This document shows positions 43,292 through 52,551 of a stretch of 64,000 nucleotides of DNA, piece by piece. Each line of letters opens with the position of its first letter. Within the stretch, counting starts at the first letter, position 1. A model generated the notes under the pieces. The model was not told where the DNA came from, ran no database searches, and saw only the letters and a program-made list of their open reading frames with translations. Source of the DNA: Obrimoposthia wandeli (Eukaryota); assembly GCA_977020255.1 (NCBI GenBank), contig CDROCS010002910.1:62001-126000 (forward strand), in the 5' to 3' direction. Made by a program: the position numbers and the translations under genes.

Positions 43292-45489
43292 AAAATTTTT
43301 TAGCAATTATTATTTTAATGTTCTCTGTTGTTTTTTACAGTCAAGTAAAACAACCAAAAGTTGGTTTGGTTTTAAGTGGAGGTGGGGCAAAAGGTTTTGC
43401 TCATATTGGTGTCTTAAAAGAAATTGACAAAGCTGGTTTACAGATAGATTATATTGGCGGTACAAGTATGGGCGCAATTGTTGGTGGCTTATATGCAATT
43501 GGGTATTCTGGAGAACAAATAGAACAAATAGTTTTAGAAACAGATTTCATTTCTCTTTTACAAGATAAATTACCAAGAAATTCTGAACCTTTTTTTGAAA
43601 AAGAATTTGGAGAGAAAACGGTAATAACATTGCCCGTTAAAGATGGTTCTTTAGGTTTGCCAAAAGCAGTTTCTAAAGGTCAGAGTGTGTTAAATTTTCT
43701 ATTAGAATTGTTAGCTTCAGTAGAAGGAGTAACAGATTTTAATAAATTACCAATTCCTTTTTTTTGTATTGCTACAGATATTGAAAACGGAGGTGCTGTT
43801 TTGTTAGAAAAAGGTTCTTTGCCTTTGGCTTTAAGAGCAAGTAGTTCTTTTCCTACTTTATTAAATCCTGTTGTTTTAGATGATAAGTTATTGGTTGATG
43901 GAGGAGTCGCAAATAATTTCCCTGTATCTATTATGAAGTCTAAAGGAATGGATATTGTTATCGGTGTAGATGTTGAAGGGCAATTGTATCAAAAAGAAAA
44001 ATTGAACTCTGTTTTAGATATTATGAATCAGATAGTGAGTTATCAGATGTATAGTAAGAGTGGAGCAGAAAAGAAAAAGTTAGATGTTTATATTAATCCG
44101 GAAATTAAAGGTTACAATGTTGTAAGTTTTGATAAAAAAGAAAAAATTTTACAAAAAGGAATTGATGAAGCAAAGAAGTTTACAGAAGTTTTTAAAGAAT
44201 TAGCCTTAAAACAAACCATAAAAAAAGAACGCAAAAAATTAAATTTTGATAAAAAGAAATACGCTATTTCTGATATTGATATAACAGGGTTAAATAATTT
44301 TACAAGAGCTTTTGTTTTAGGTAAAGTGAAAATTAGAGTGGGAGATAGCCTTTCAAGAAACGATATTACTAAAAGGATTCACTTACTATCAGCAACAAAA
44401 AATTACGAAAAAATAGTATACAGTTTAATTAAAAAGAAAGATGATACTTATTCATTAAATTTTTCTTTAAAAGAATCTACTGATAATGCAAATCTAAAAT
44501 TAGGCGTTCATTACGATCAGTTATATCAATCTGGAGTATTAGTAAATTATAATCAAAAAAATTTATTATTAGAAAACGATATGTTTTCGATAGATATGAT
44601 TCTAGGAGATAACTTAAGGTATAACTTAGATTATTTTGTAGATAATGGATTCTATATTAGTTATGGATTTAGATCTCGATATGATCACTTTAACATAAAC
44701 TCTAAGTTTAACCCAATTGTTTCTCAGTTTCCTACAATAAGCAGTATTAATTTAAGATATGCTGATTTTACGAATCAATTTTTTCTTCAAACAACTTTTA
44801 ATAGAATATTTGCTTTAGGTATTGGTTTAGAACATAAAAATGTAAGTGCAACAACAGAAACAATTTCATCTGCAAGTAGTCATGATACTACTTTTGATGA
44901 TAGTAATTATTTGAATAGTTTTGGGTATTTAAAGTTAGATACTTATGATAAAAAAAAATTTCCTACAAAAGGATATTTTGCTGATTTAAACTTTAAATGG
45001 TATATGCTTTCGTCCGATTATAATGAAGATTTTACACCTTTTGCACAAACAAAAGGAACCTTAGGTTTTGCAACTACTTTTTGGGATAAACTTACATTTC
45101 AAATGACTAATGAAGCAGGTTTTACTTTAAATAAAAGAGATTCTGATGTTTTTGATTTTTATCTAGGAGGATATAATAAAAACTACATTAATACTTTTGT
45201 TTCTTTCTATGGATATGATTTTGCAGAACTTTCTGACGATACCTTTGTAAAATCAGAATTTAATTTAAGTTATGCTTTTGCAGAGAATCATTATGCCTCG
45301 TTTATAGCCAATTTTGGAAGGATAGATGGCAATGTATTTAGAGATATAGATTTGTTTAAAGATATAAAGTCTGGTTATGCATTAGGTTATAGTTATAATG
45401 CTTTTATAGGTCCAATAGAACTAAAATACAGTTGGTCTCCAGATACAGGTGAAAATTATTGGTTGTTTAACTTAGGTTTTTGGTTTTAG
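43288..45489 (+). CDS. Patatin-like phospholipase with POTRA-like and Omp85-like barrel (PlpD-like)
   Basis: LVLSGGGAKGFAHIG, GTSMGA nucleophile motif, DGG, barrel ending FNLGFWF. ATGA overlap with uvrC. Confidence 0.88.
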   Translation: MKNFLAIIILMFSVVFYSQVKQPKVGLVLSGGGAKGFAHIGVLKEIDKAGLQIDYIGGTSMGAIVGGLYAIGYSGEQIEQIVLETDFISLLQDKLPRNSEPFFEKEFGEKTVITLPVKDGSLGLPKAVSKGQSVLNFLLELLASVEGVTDFNKLPIPFFCIATDIENGGAVLLEKGSLPLALRASSSFPTLLNPVVLDDKLLVDGGVANNFPVSIMKSKGMDIVIGVDVEGQLYQKEKLNSVLDIMNQIVSYQMYSKSGAEKKKLDVYINPEIKGYNVVSFDKKEKILQKGIDEAKKFTEVFKELALKQTIKKERKKLNFDKKKYAISDIDITGLNNFTRAFVLGKVKIRVGDSLSRNDITKRIHLLSATKNYEKIVYSLIKKKDDTYSLNFSLKESTDNANLKLGVHYDQLYQSGVLVNYNQKNLLLENDMFSIDMILGDNLRYNLDYFVDNGFYISYGFRSRYDHFNINSKFNPIVSQFPTISSINLRYADFTNQFFLQTTFNRIFALGIGLEHKNVSATTETISSASSHDTTFDDSNYLNSFGYLKLDTYDKKKFPTKGYFADLNFKWYMLSSDYNEDFTPFAQTKGTLGFATTFWDKLTFQMTNEAGFTLNKRDSDVFDFYLGGYNKNYINTFVSFYGYDFAELSDDTFVKSEFNLSYAFAENHYASFIANFGRIDGNVFRDIDLFKDIKSGYALGYSYNAFIGPIELKYSWSPDTGENYWLFNLGFWF

Positions 45490-45665
45490 GTAAATGATAC
45501 TTAATAAAACTTAAGGTAATTATTAGATGCGTTATTATTACTTGTATATCAACCTAAAAAGGAATTTAATTAATTGTTTTGATTCAATTTTATAGGCATT
45601 TATAGAAAAGGATACTTCAAACTTGTACTCAATTATTTTGTAGTAATTGGTTACTATTAGAGCAA

Positions 45666-45699
45666 AAAAAAACCATGAAATTAATTTCATGGTTTTTTT
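45666..45699. terminator. Bidirectional terminator
   Basis: Perfect palindrome AAAAAAACCATGAAATT-AATTTCATGGTTTTTTT between convergent genes. Confidence 0.8.
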
Positions 45700-45716
45700 G
45701 TTAAGTAAAACAGAAT

Positions 45717-47969
45717 TTATTTTACTTGTTTTGTACTTAAGTAAAACTCTTCATAAGTTTCTAATAAACTCATTAGCGCTTTTATTAAATCTTTAGTTTC
45801 TAATAAGACACTAAAGTATAACGAAGTGTTTTTAGGACTTGTTTCATCTGTTCTAATTCTTGCAACTTGTTTTTCTATAGATGATCTTACATCTTGTAAT
45901 AATTCGTTTTTCTCTACTAATAGAGCATTCAAATTATCTAAGTCTCTATTTTCAAAAATAGCAGCTTCTTTAGTTAATAAATCAGATAATTTATTGTCTA
46001 TTGTTTTTAAATCTTTAATCTGACCTTTCTTTAAGTTCTTATGATTGTTATTTACGTGCTTGTAACTTGCTCTAGAAATATAACTAATAGATTGTGCTAC
46101 ATCTTGTAAATAACCTAAAACCATAATGTAAAATCTACTTCCTTGTACAGAAGTTTCATCTAAAGATTTAATGAAATAGAAAACGCCATCTTTTAAACTA
46201 TCTATTTCTTCATTCAGTTTAGCAACGTGTTTATCCGTTTTACGTAATTTATTTAAATCATGATTCGCTAAATCATTTACAACATTTGTGTATAATTTGT
46301 TTACACGATTTATTACTTCAGAAATATGATCTGCACTTTCTTCAATAACTCCATTAATAGTTATTAATTCTGCTCTTTCAATATGTACTTGTTTTTTAAC
46401 TTCTTTCGATTTCTTTCTGTGGATTAATGTATTTCTTCCAATTAAGAAAGCAACAACTACTAACAGAATAGGAATCATAACCATATGCCAGCTAATTAAA
46501 TATGCAACGATTGCTGCAGCTAAAAATGCTGTAATTGCTGTTAAAAACCAACCACCAACAACATTTATTACACCAGCAACTCTATAAACTGCACTTTCAC
46601 GTCCCCAAGCTCTATCTGCTAAAGATGTTCCCATCGCAACCATGAAAGTTACATATGTTGTAGATAAAGGTAGTTTCATCGATGTTGCAATAGATATTAA
46701 AATACCTGCAACAATTAAGTTTACAGACGCTCTTACCATATCAAAAGCAGGTAATTCGTATGTTTTATCTTTAGGTAATTCTATAACTGGTTTTTGAAAT
46801 TTAGAATCTACAAAAGCCAACATTTTTTTAGGGAAAATTTTACTAATTCCGAAATTAATTCCCATTGCAGCTCTTACAACAACTCTAGATAAAGGGTTTG
46901 GTTGAAATTTTTCATGACCTTCTCCTTGTCTAGATAAATCGATACCTGTTTTTATTACATTCTGAGCTTTACTAGAAGTCCAAAGAGTAACTACCATAAT
47001 ACCACCTGCAAATAATAATAACCAAATGTTAGACGGTACTTTTTTAGCTAAAACACCCATAGAGAACGCATCAGCAGCAACACCAGAAACTTCCCATGCT
47101 TGGTAAGAGTTCCATGCAGCAATTGGTACACCAACAAAGTTTACTAAATCATTTCCAGAAAAAGCCATTGCTAAAGAGAATGTACCGATTCCGATAATTA
47201 ATTTTAAAACATTAATTTTAAAAGTTGAAATTAAAATTTGAGAAATAAGAGACCAAGCAACAAAACTTCCTAATATAATTAAAAGTGTATTTCCTTCAAT
47301 TAAGTATTTTATGTCTTTATAAAAAGGAGTTCCTTTCATTCCTTTTATAATGATAAAGTAAGTGATTGCTGTAATTGCAAAACCACCAAATAAAGCACTA
47401 ATATAAGTTGCTCTCTTTTCAAAATTGAAAGAATAAATCATTCTAGAAGCAAATTGTACAATTGCACCTACAGAAAAAGCAACTACTACAGAGAGTAGAA
47501 TTCCAAAAATAATTTTAGTTGCTGTTTCGTGGTTAATGTAGTTCCATATTTCATCAATAGATTGCGCATCGTTTGCAGATATTTTTAGTAAAGAAATACA
47601 AACTGCAGCACCTAATAATTCAAATACAATAGAAACTGTTGTAGATGTTGGCATTCCTAACGAGTTAAAGATATCTAGTAATAGAATATCTGTAATCATT
47701 ACTGCCATAAAAATGATCATAATGTCTTGGAACATAAACATATTAGGATTAAAAATCCCTTTACGTGCAACTTCCATCATTCCACTAGAGGTAACTGCTC
47801 CGAAGAACACACCTAAACTAGCAATAATCATAATATTTCTTACTGATATTGCTTTTGAGCCAATGGCCGAATTTAAGAAGTTAACAGCATCGTTACTAAC
47901 TCCCACAACTAAGTCAACAATAGCTAAAACAGCTAAAGCGACTAACATTAAAATATATGGATCTCCCAT
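45717..47969 (-). CDS. PiT/PHO4-family inorganic phosphate transporter with C-terminal PhoU-like helical domain
   Basis: GVSNDAVNFLNSAIGS, GMPTSTT, FSGNDLVNFVG and LPLSTTY PiT signatures; soluble helical tail with D..NEEID and LQDVAQS. Confidence 0.88.
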   Translation of the reverse strand: MGDPYILMLVALAVLAIVDLVVGVSNDAVNFLNSAIGSKAISVRNIMIIASLGVFFGAVTSSGMMEVARKGIFNPNMFMFQDIMIIFMAVMITDILLLDIFNSLGMPTSTTVSIVFELLGAAVCISLLKISANDAQSIDEIWNYINHETATKIIFGILLSVVVAFSVGAIVQFASRMIYSFNFEKRATYISALFGGFAITAITYFIIIKGMKGTPFYKDIKYLIEGNTLLIILGSFVAWSLISQILISTFKINVLKLIIGIGTFSLAMAFSGNDLVNFVGVPIAAWNSYQAWEVSGVAADAFSMGVLAKKVPSNIWLLLFAGGIMVVTLWTSSKAQNVIKTGIDLSRQGEGHEKFQPNPLSRVVVRAAMGINFGISKIFPKKMLAFVDSKFQKPVIELPKDKTYELPAFDMVRASVNLIVAGILISIATSMKLPLSTTYVTFMVAMGTSLADRAWGRESAVYRVAGVINVVGGWFLTAITAFLAAAIVAYLISWHMVMIPILLVVVAFLIGRNTLIHRKKSKEVKKQVHIERAELITINGVIEESADHISEVINRVNKLYTNVVNDLANHDLNKLRKTDKHVAKLNEEIDSLKDGVFYFIKSLDETSVQGSRFYIMVLGYLQDVAQSISYISRASYKHVNNNHKNLKKGQIKDLKTIDNKLSDLLTKEAAIFENRDLDNLNALLVEKNELLQDVRSSIEKQVARIRTDETSPKNTSLYFSVLLETKDLIKALMSLLETYEEFYLSTKQVK

Positions 47970-48020
47970 TTTGTTTGTTTAAATTAAGTTTTGCTAATTT
48001 ATAGACATAAAAAATTGTCT

Positions 48021-48048
48021 ATGTTAGGTTTGTGTTATCTTTTAGTAA
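48021..48048 (-). promoter_or_regulatory. 11-bp-periodic direct-repeat box upstream of PiT
   Basis: Minus strand TTACTA-n5-TAACAC-n5-TAACAT. Confidence 0.5.
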
Positions 48049-48052
48049 ATAA

Positions 48053-49282
48053 TTAAAAATGAATATCTACTTGTAATCTAAATAATAATTGATCTGTTTT
48101 AAAGCCGATATCGGTATAACTTAAATCTGTTTGAACTTTTAATTGATGTCCTGAAATAAATTTAGACAACCCTAAAGTGTATTGATTTTCTGCTCCTTTA
48201 CCAGTGATAATTTTATCATAAGAAATGTTTGTATAACGACCAGAAACTTCTACTGTTTTAGAAAGCATATATCCAGTTTGTAAATTTAAACCATTACCAA
48301 CTTGTACTTCATCACCTGTTAAGGTTCCATCAGAGTTTTTTGCGAAAGGATCATCTGCATCTCTATTTGCATATTCTGCCATAAAAGAAAAACCTTTATG
48401 TTTATACATTGCATCTAAATAAAGTGTAGTAATATTAGTTTGGTGAAAATTAGCACTTGAGCCTTCTGAAGTACCATTTATATACATATAAGAACCCTGA
48501 TTACTTCTAGTTTTAGAAGCGTTGTTATTAAAATCATATGCAATACCTAAAGATAACTTTGGTTTTTGCTCAAATTTTAAATCACTCCCTTTATAATCTC
48601 CTTTGCTTGCAAATTCTCCAAAAGGAAATAATTCAACTCTAGTTGTATATTGATGACCACCAAGATTACCTCTTGTAATATTTCTTCCTTCACCTTGGGC
48701 AATTGAAAATATTTCTTTAACAACAAACTTGTCAGAGAGGTTAAACTTATGTCTTAATTGCATTCCTATATCTCTATCAATAGTAAATCTACTATTTAAT
48801 AAAGAACGATCTACTTGTTGCAAGTTTGCAGAAGAAATTACACGTTCTCTGTTTCCTGGTAGTTTTGTTTGACCAAACCATAAAACAAAATTTCCAGAGA
48901 AATTCCATTTTAATACTGCATCTAAAATATATCTAGGAGATTCGTGTGTATAATAAGATGCACCAGATTGATCTCTATTAGATAAACCTAATTCTACTTT
49001 GTATTTTAATTTTGGAGAAAAAGCAAAACCATCAAATTTTAAACGAGATCGTCTAATTAACATTGAAGATTCTGGATTTGTAAGACCATTACTTACATCC
49101 CACTGTGAAGTGGCAAGCGTTTGAAACCTTAAACCTACTTTCATAGTCCAAGTACTATCTTGTCCTACTAAATTAAAAAGACCTTTACCAAACTTAGGCG
49201 CATTAGTCTCTTGTGCATTAATACTTAAGAAAGCAGAAATACAAATTACTGTTACTACATTTTGTAGCATTGATAATTTCAT
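48053..49282 (-). CDS. Phosphate-selective porin O/P (OprO/OprP)-like outer-membrane protein
   Basis: IRRSRLKFDG, GQTKLPGNRERVISS..LQ.VDRS, RDIG, GEGRN, C-terminal F, and adjacency to PiT. ATG 49282 preferred. Confidence 0.8.
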   Translation of the reverse strand: MKLSMLQNVVTVICISAFLSINAQETNAPKFGKGLFNLVGQDSTWTMKVGLRFQTLATSQWDVSNGLTNPESSMLIRRSRLKFDGFAFSPKLKYKVELGLSNRDQSGASYYTHESPRYILDAVLKWNFSGNFVLWFGQTKLPGNRERVISSANLQQVDRSLLNSRFTIDRDIGMQLRHKFNLSDKFVVKEIFSIAQGEGRNITRGNLGGHQYTTRVELFPFGEFASKGDYKGSDLKFEQKPKLSLGIAYDFNNNASKTRSNQGSYMYINGTSEGSSANFHQTNITTLYLDAMYKHKGFSFMAEYANRDADDPFAKNSDGTLTGDEVQVGNGLNLQTGYMLSKTVEVSGRYTNISYDKIITGKGAENQYTLGLSKFISGHQLKVQTDLSYTDIGFKTDQLLFRLQVDIHF

Positions 49283-49319
49283 AATTATTAGTTTTTGTCG
49301 CTGCAAATAACTAATAGTT

Positions 49320-49347
49320 ATGTTAAGTTAATGTTAATGTAGTATTA
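49320..49347 (-). promoter_or_regulatory. 11-bp-periodic direct-repeat box upstream of porin
   Basis: Minus strand TAATAC-n5-TAACAT-n5-TAACAT. Confidence 0.55.
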
Positions 49348-49354
49348 CTAAAAT

Positions 49355-49445
49355 AAAAAAAAACTGCCTTGGCCAAAGGCAGTTAGTCATATAAAATAGT
49401 TGACAAAAACTAATTGATTTATGATGACGTTTAATCTCATTCGAT
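49355..49445 (-). ncRNA. Candidate ~90-nt small RNA (or 17-aa micro-ORF transcript)
   Basis: Orphan minus-strand terminator AACTGCCTT-TGGCC-AAGGCAGTT-T run (49355-49384). Upstream -7-like CACATTTG (49451-49458). Contains ORF MRLNVIINQLVFVNYFI* (49387-49440). Confidence 0.35.
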
Positions 49446-49520
49446 TATTACAAATGTGCAACTCATATTTAAAATTAATGTTTACTCTAAATGAATAAAC
49501 TGTTAACTAATTTTTCGATT

Positions 49521-49581
49521 TAACATTGAATTAATGTTTCTGTAATACAAGCATAATCTACAACTAACATAAGGTTTACAG
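49521..49581 (+). promoter_or_regulatory. Six 11-bp-periodic TAA(C/T)AT-like boxes upstream of the TonB receptor
   Basis: TAACAT 49521, TAATGT 49532, TAATAC 49543, TAATCT 49554, TAACAT 49565, TTACAG 49576, then -7-like GACTTTTG. Confidence 0.6.
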
Positions 49582-49619
49582 TACTAGTAGACTTTTGCAG
49601 ATGTAAATTATACACTAAA

Positions 49620-52421
49620 ATGAAGAAAATTTTATTTATTACTTTTTTAGCTTTAAGTCAGTTTGTTGTTGCTCAAGATAAAGGAACATTAAAAGGACTA
49701 CTAACAGATAAAGAAACCAACAATGAACCATTGCCTTTTGCAAATGTTCAAATTAAAGGAACTAGCATTGGTACAACTACAGATTTTGATGGTAACTATA
49801 TTTTAAATGTAAAAACAGGGAATCATATAGTAGTTTTTAGTTTTTTAGGATATAAATCAGTTGAGAAACCAATTCTTATAAAAGAGAATGAAACAGTAAC
49901 TATTAATGGAGTGCTTTCTGCAGAAGAAGGAGTTTCTTTAGATGAAATTATTGTGAAGGCTTCTAATACTAAAGAATCTGTTTCTGCACTTTTAATAGAT
50001 CAAAAGAAAGCAGTTGTAATTAAAGAAAGTATCGGAGCTCAAACATTGGCAAAAACAGGAGTTTCAAATGCAGCAAATGCAACCACTAAAATTTCTGGAG
50101 TCACTAAAAGTGAAGGTTCAGGAAACATTTATATAAGAGGTTTAGGAGATCGTTATTTATCTACAACAATGAATGGTTTGCCTATTCCTTCGGATGATGT
50201 TGATAATAAAAACGTGAATCTAGATTTATTTTCTACAAACATTATTAAAAATGTAGGTATTAGCAAAACATACACAACGGCTAGTTATGCAGATCAAGGT
50301 TCTGGTAATGTAGATGTAAATTCTAAAGAATATTCTAAAAAAGGATATTCAATATCACTTTCTGGAGGTACAAATACAAATGTCTTGGATGTTTCAAACT
50401 CATTTAGAAATACTGTTATTAATAATGATGTTAATTTTGGATTTCATACAAAAAAATACGCTTTACAAAACTTAATAACGCTTCAAGGTTGGGATACAGA
50501 AAAAGTAGCGAATCCTATAAATTATAGCGGTTCATTGTCTGCAGGAAGAAAATTCGAGATTTTTGGAAAAGATGTTTCTATCTTTCTTACAGGTTCTCAT
50601 TCTAAATCTTTTGAATATCAAGAAGGAATTTTTAGAGCTTTTAGATCTAATATTTTAGACAAAGCTTTTCCTGATGTTTCTAATGGAAATGTTACAGATA
50701 CAAATGATGTAGAAAGTTTTATTTCTAAAACCAATACAACAGGATATGTAAATGTTGGATTAAAATTAAATGACAATAACAAAATTAGATATAATACTTT
50801 GTTTGTAAATAAATCTACAGATAATTTATACGAACAAGGAAGAAAAGGTTTTGGATATGTATTTGATCAAGATCCGCAAGAAGAAGGCGCTTTTGTGAGA
50901 GATCAAAACTTTAGACAAACAACCATGTTTGTAAATCAACTTTTAGGAGAACATAAATGGAACGAGAATAATACTTTAAACTGGGCTGGAGGTTACAATT
51001 TTGTTTTAGCAGAAGAACCAAATAGAATTAGAAACGAAGTTAATATTCTAGATATTACTTCTTCACCTACCATTCAATATGCACACGTTGGAGATTTTCA
51101 ACAAAGAAAATCGAGTCAGAAAATTCAAGATACAGAATACAATGGTTTTGTTGAAAACAAATGGGCATTAGGAATAAATGATGAAGACGATAATAAACCA
51201 TATTCTTTAAACTATGGATTAAATTATAGATATAAAGAAAGAACGTTTAAATCTTTATTTGTTGGTGTAAAAGCAAAAGGATCTACAGCTCCTTCTATAG
51301 ATGAATTATCTTCTACATTTACTTCAACAGGTTTTAATAACGGTTTAACTTTAAGAACATCACCAGCAGATAGATTTGAAGCAGATTTATCTATTATGGC
51401 AGGTTTTGTAAACTTCGATTTTGCTTTGGATAATAAATTATCCGGTAATTTAGGTTTTCGTTTTGAAAGAGATGAAATGAATGCAATTTGGGATGTTGCT
51501 AACTATTATGACTTAGTTAATAGTAGAGAAAGAGTTGGAACTTTAAATAGAGTTTACCAAAGTTTATACCCAAGTGTAAATTTAAAATTAGAAGTATCAG
51601 AAAACAACTATTTACGTTTTGCATCGAGTGTAACTCAAACTTTACCAGAATTTAAAGAATTGTCTCCATTTGAATATGTTTCTCCAACAGGTCGTGTTAC
51701 TAAAGGGAATCCTGGTTTAGAAAAATCAGAAATTTATAATTTCGATTTAAAATATGAAATGTTTCCACAAAAAGGACAACTTTTTTCTGCAACTGCATTT
51801 TACAAACAAATTAACGATCCAATAAATTTAGCACAAACAAGAGGTTCTTCAGGATATTTCTTCTACGCCAATACAGGAGAAAAAGCAACTGTTTATGGTT
51901 TTGAATTAGAAGCAAAAACAGATTTAATAAAAAATGCTGATGATGAAGGTATTTTAAACTTAACAGGAAACATTACAAAAATGTGGTTAGAGCAAGATTT
52001 ACTAAAAGACTTTCAATATAAAGACGTTACCAATTCTAGTTTACAAGGAGCATCAGATTTTATAGCAAATGGTTCTTTAAGTTATAGTGATAAAAAGGAA
52101 AAAGAATTTGTAGCAACTTTAACAGGTAACTATTCTTCAGATAAAATTTACGCTTTAGGTTCTCCAGAAGATTTTTCTAATAGTGCATCGTTATATAATG
52201 ATGAAATTATAGAAAAAGGATTTGTAAGTCTAGATTTAGTAATAAGCAAAGCAATTAATAAAAACTTAATGGTAAAGCTTGTTGGTAGAAACTTATTAAA
52301 TCCAGAAATAAAACAAACACAGTTAGTTAAGAGTCTTATTACAGATATAGAAACGAATGAAACGGTTTTGTCTTACAAAAAAGGAAGTCAGTTAACATTA
52401 AGTGTAAAATATACTTTTTAA
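49620..52421 (+). CDS. TonB-dependent receptor with N-terminal carboxypeptidase-regulatory-like domain
   Basis: EPLPFANV.IKGT..GTTTDFDGNY, plug IYIRGLGDRYLSTTMNGLPIPS, GNPGL, barrel ending KYTF. Confidence 0.92.
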   Translation: MKKILFITFLALSQFVVAQDKGTLKGLLTDKETNNEPLPFANVQIKGTSIGTTTDFDGNYILNVKTGNHIVVFSFLGYKSVEKPILIKENETVTINGVLSAEEGVSLDEIIVKASNTKESVSALLIDQKKAVVIKESIGAQTLAKTGVSNAANATTKISGVTKSEGSGNIYIRGLGDRYLSTTMNGLPIPSDDVDNKNVNLDLFSTNIIKNVGISKTYTTASYADQGSGNVDVNSKEYSKKGYSISLSGGTNTNVLDVSNSFRNTVINNDVNFGFHTKKYALQNLITLQGWDTEKVANPINYSGSLSAGRKFEIFGKDVSIFLTGSHSKSFEYQEGIFRAFRSNILDKAFPDVSNGNVTDTNDVESFISKTNTTGYVNVGLKLNDNNKIRYNTLFVNKSTDNLYEQGRKGFGYVFDQDPQEEGAFVRDQNFRQTTMFVNQLLGEHKWNENNTLNWAGGYNFVLAEEPNRIRNEVNILDITSSPTIQYAHVGDFQQRKSSQKIQDTEYNGFVENKWALGINDEDDNKPYSLNYGLNYRYKERTFKSLFVGVKAKGSTAPSIDELSSTFTSTGFNNGLTLRTSPADRFEADLSIMAGFVNFDFALDNKLSGNLGFRFERDEMNAIWDVANYYDLVNSRERVGTLNRVYQSLYPSVNLKLEVSENNYLRFASSVTQTLPEFKELSPFEYVSPTGRVTKGNPGLEKSEIYNFDLKYEMFPQKGQLFSATAFYKQINDPINLAQTRGSSGYFFYANTGEKATVYGFELEAKTDLIKNADDEGILNLTGNITKMWLEQDLLKDFQYKDVTNSSLQGASDFIANGSLSYSDKKEKEFVATLTGNYSSDKIYALGSPEDFSNSASLYNDEIIEKGFVSLDLVISKAINKNLMVKLVGRNLLNPEIKQTQLVKSLITDIETNETVLSYKKGSQLTLSVKYTF

Positions 52422-52551
52422 GCAATTAACGATTACTTAACAAAACGGTTAAAATTATAGAAACCCTAACATACTATTAATATTTAGGTAAAGAAAAGAA
52501 AAGAATAAGATGATTTCTTTGTATAAAATTAATAACCATATCAAACTAAAA

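Noticed and set aside
45490-45665. 175-bp AT-rich spacer after the patatin gene as a possible sRNA or riboswitch
   Set aside because: No convincing promoter, structure or ORF beyond the terminal palindrome.
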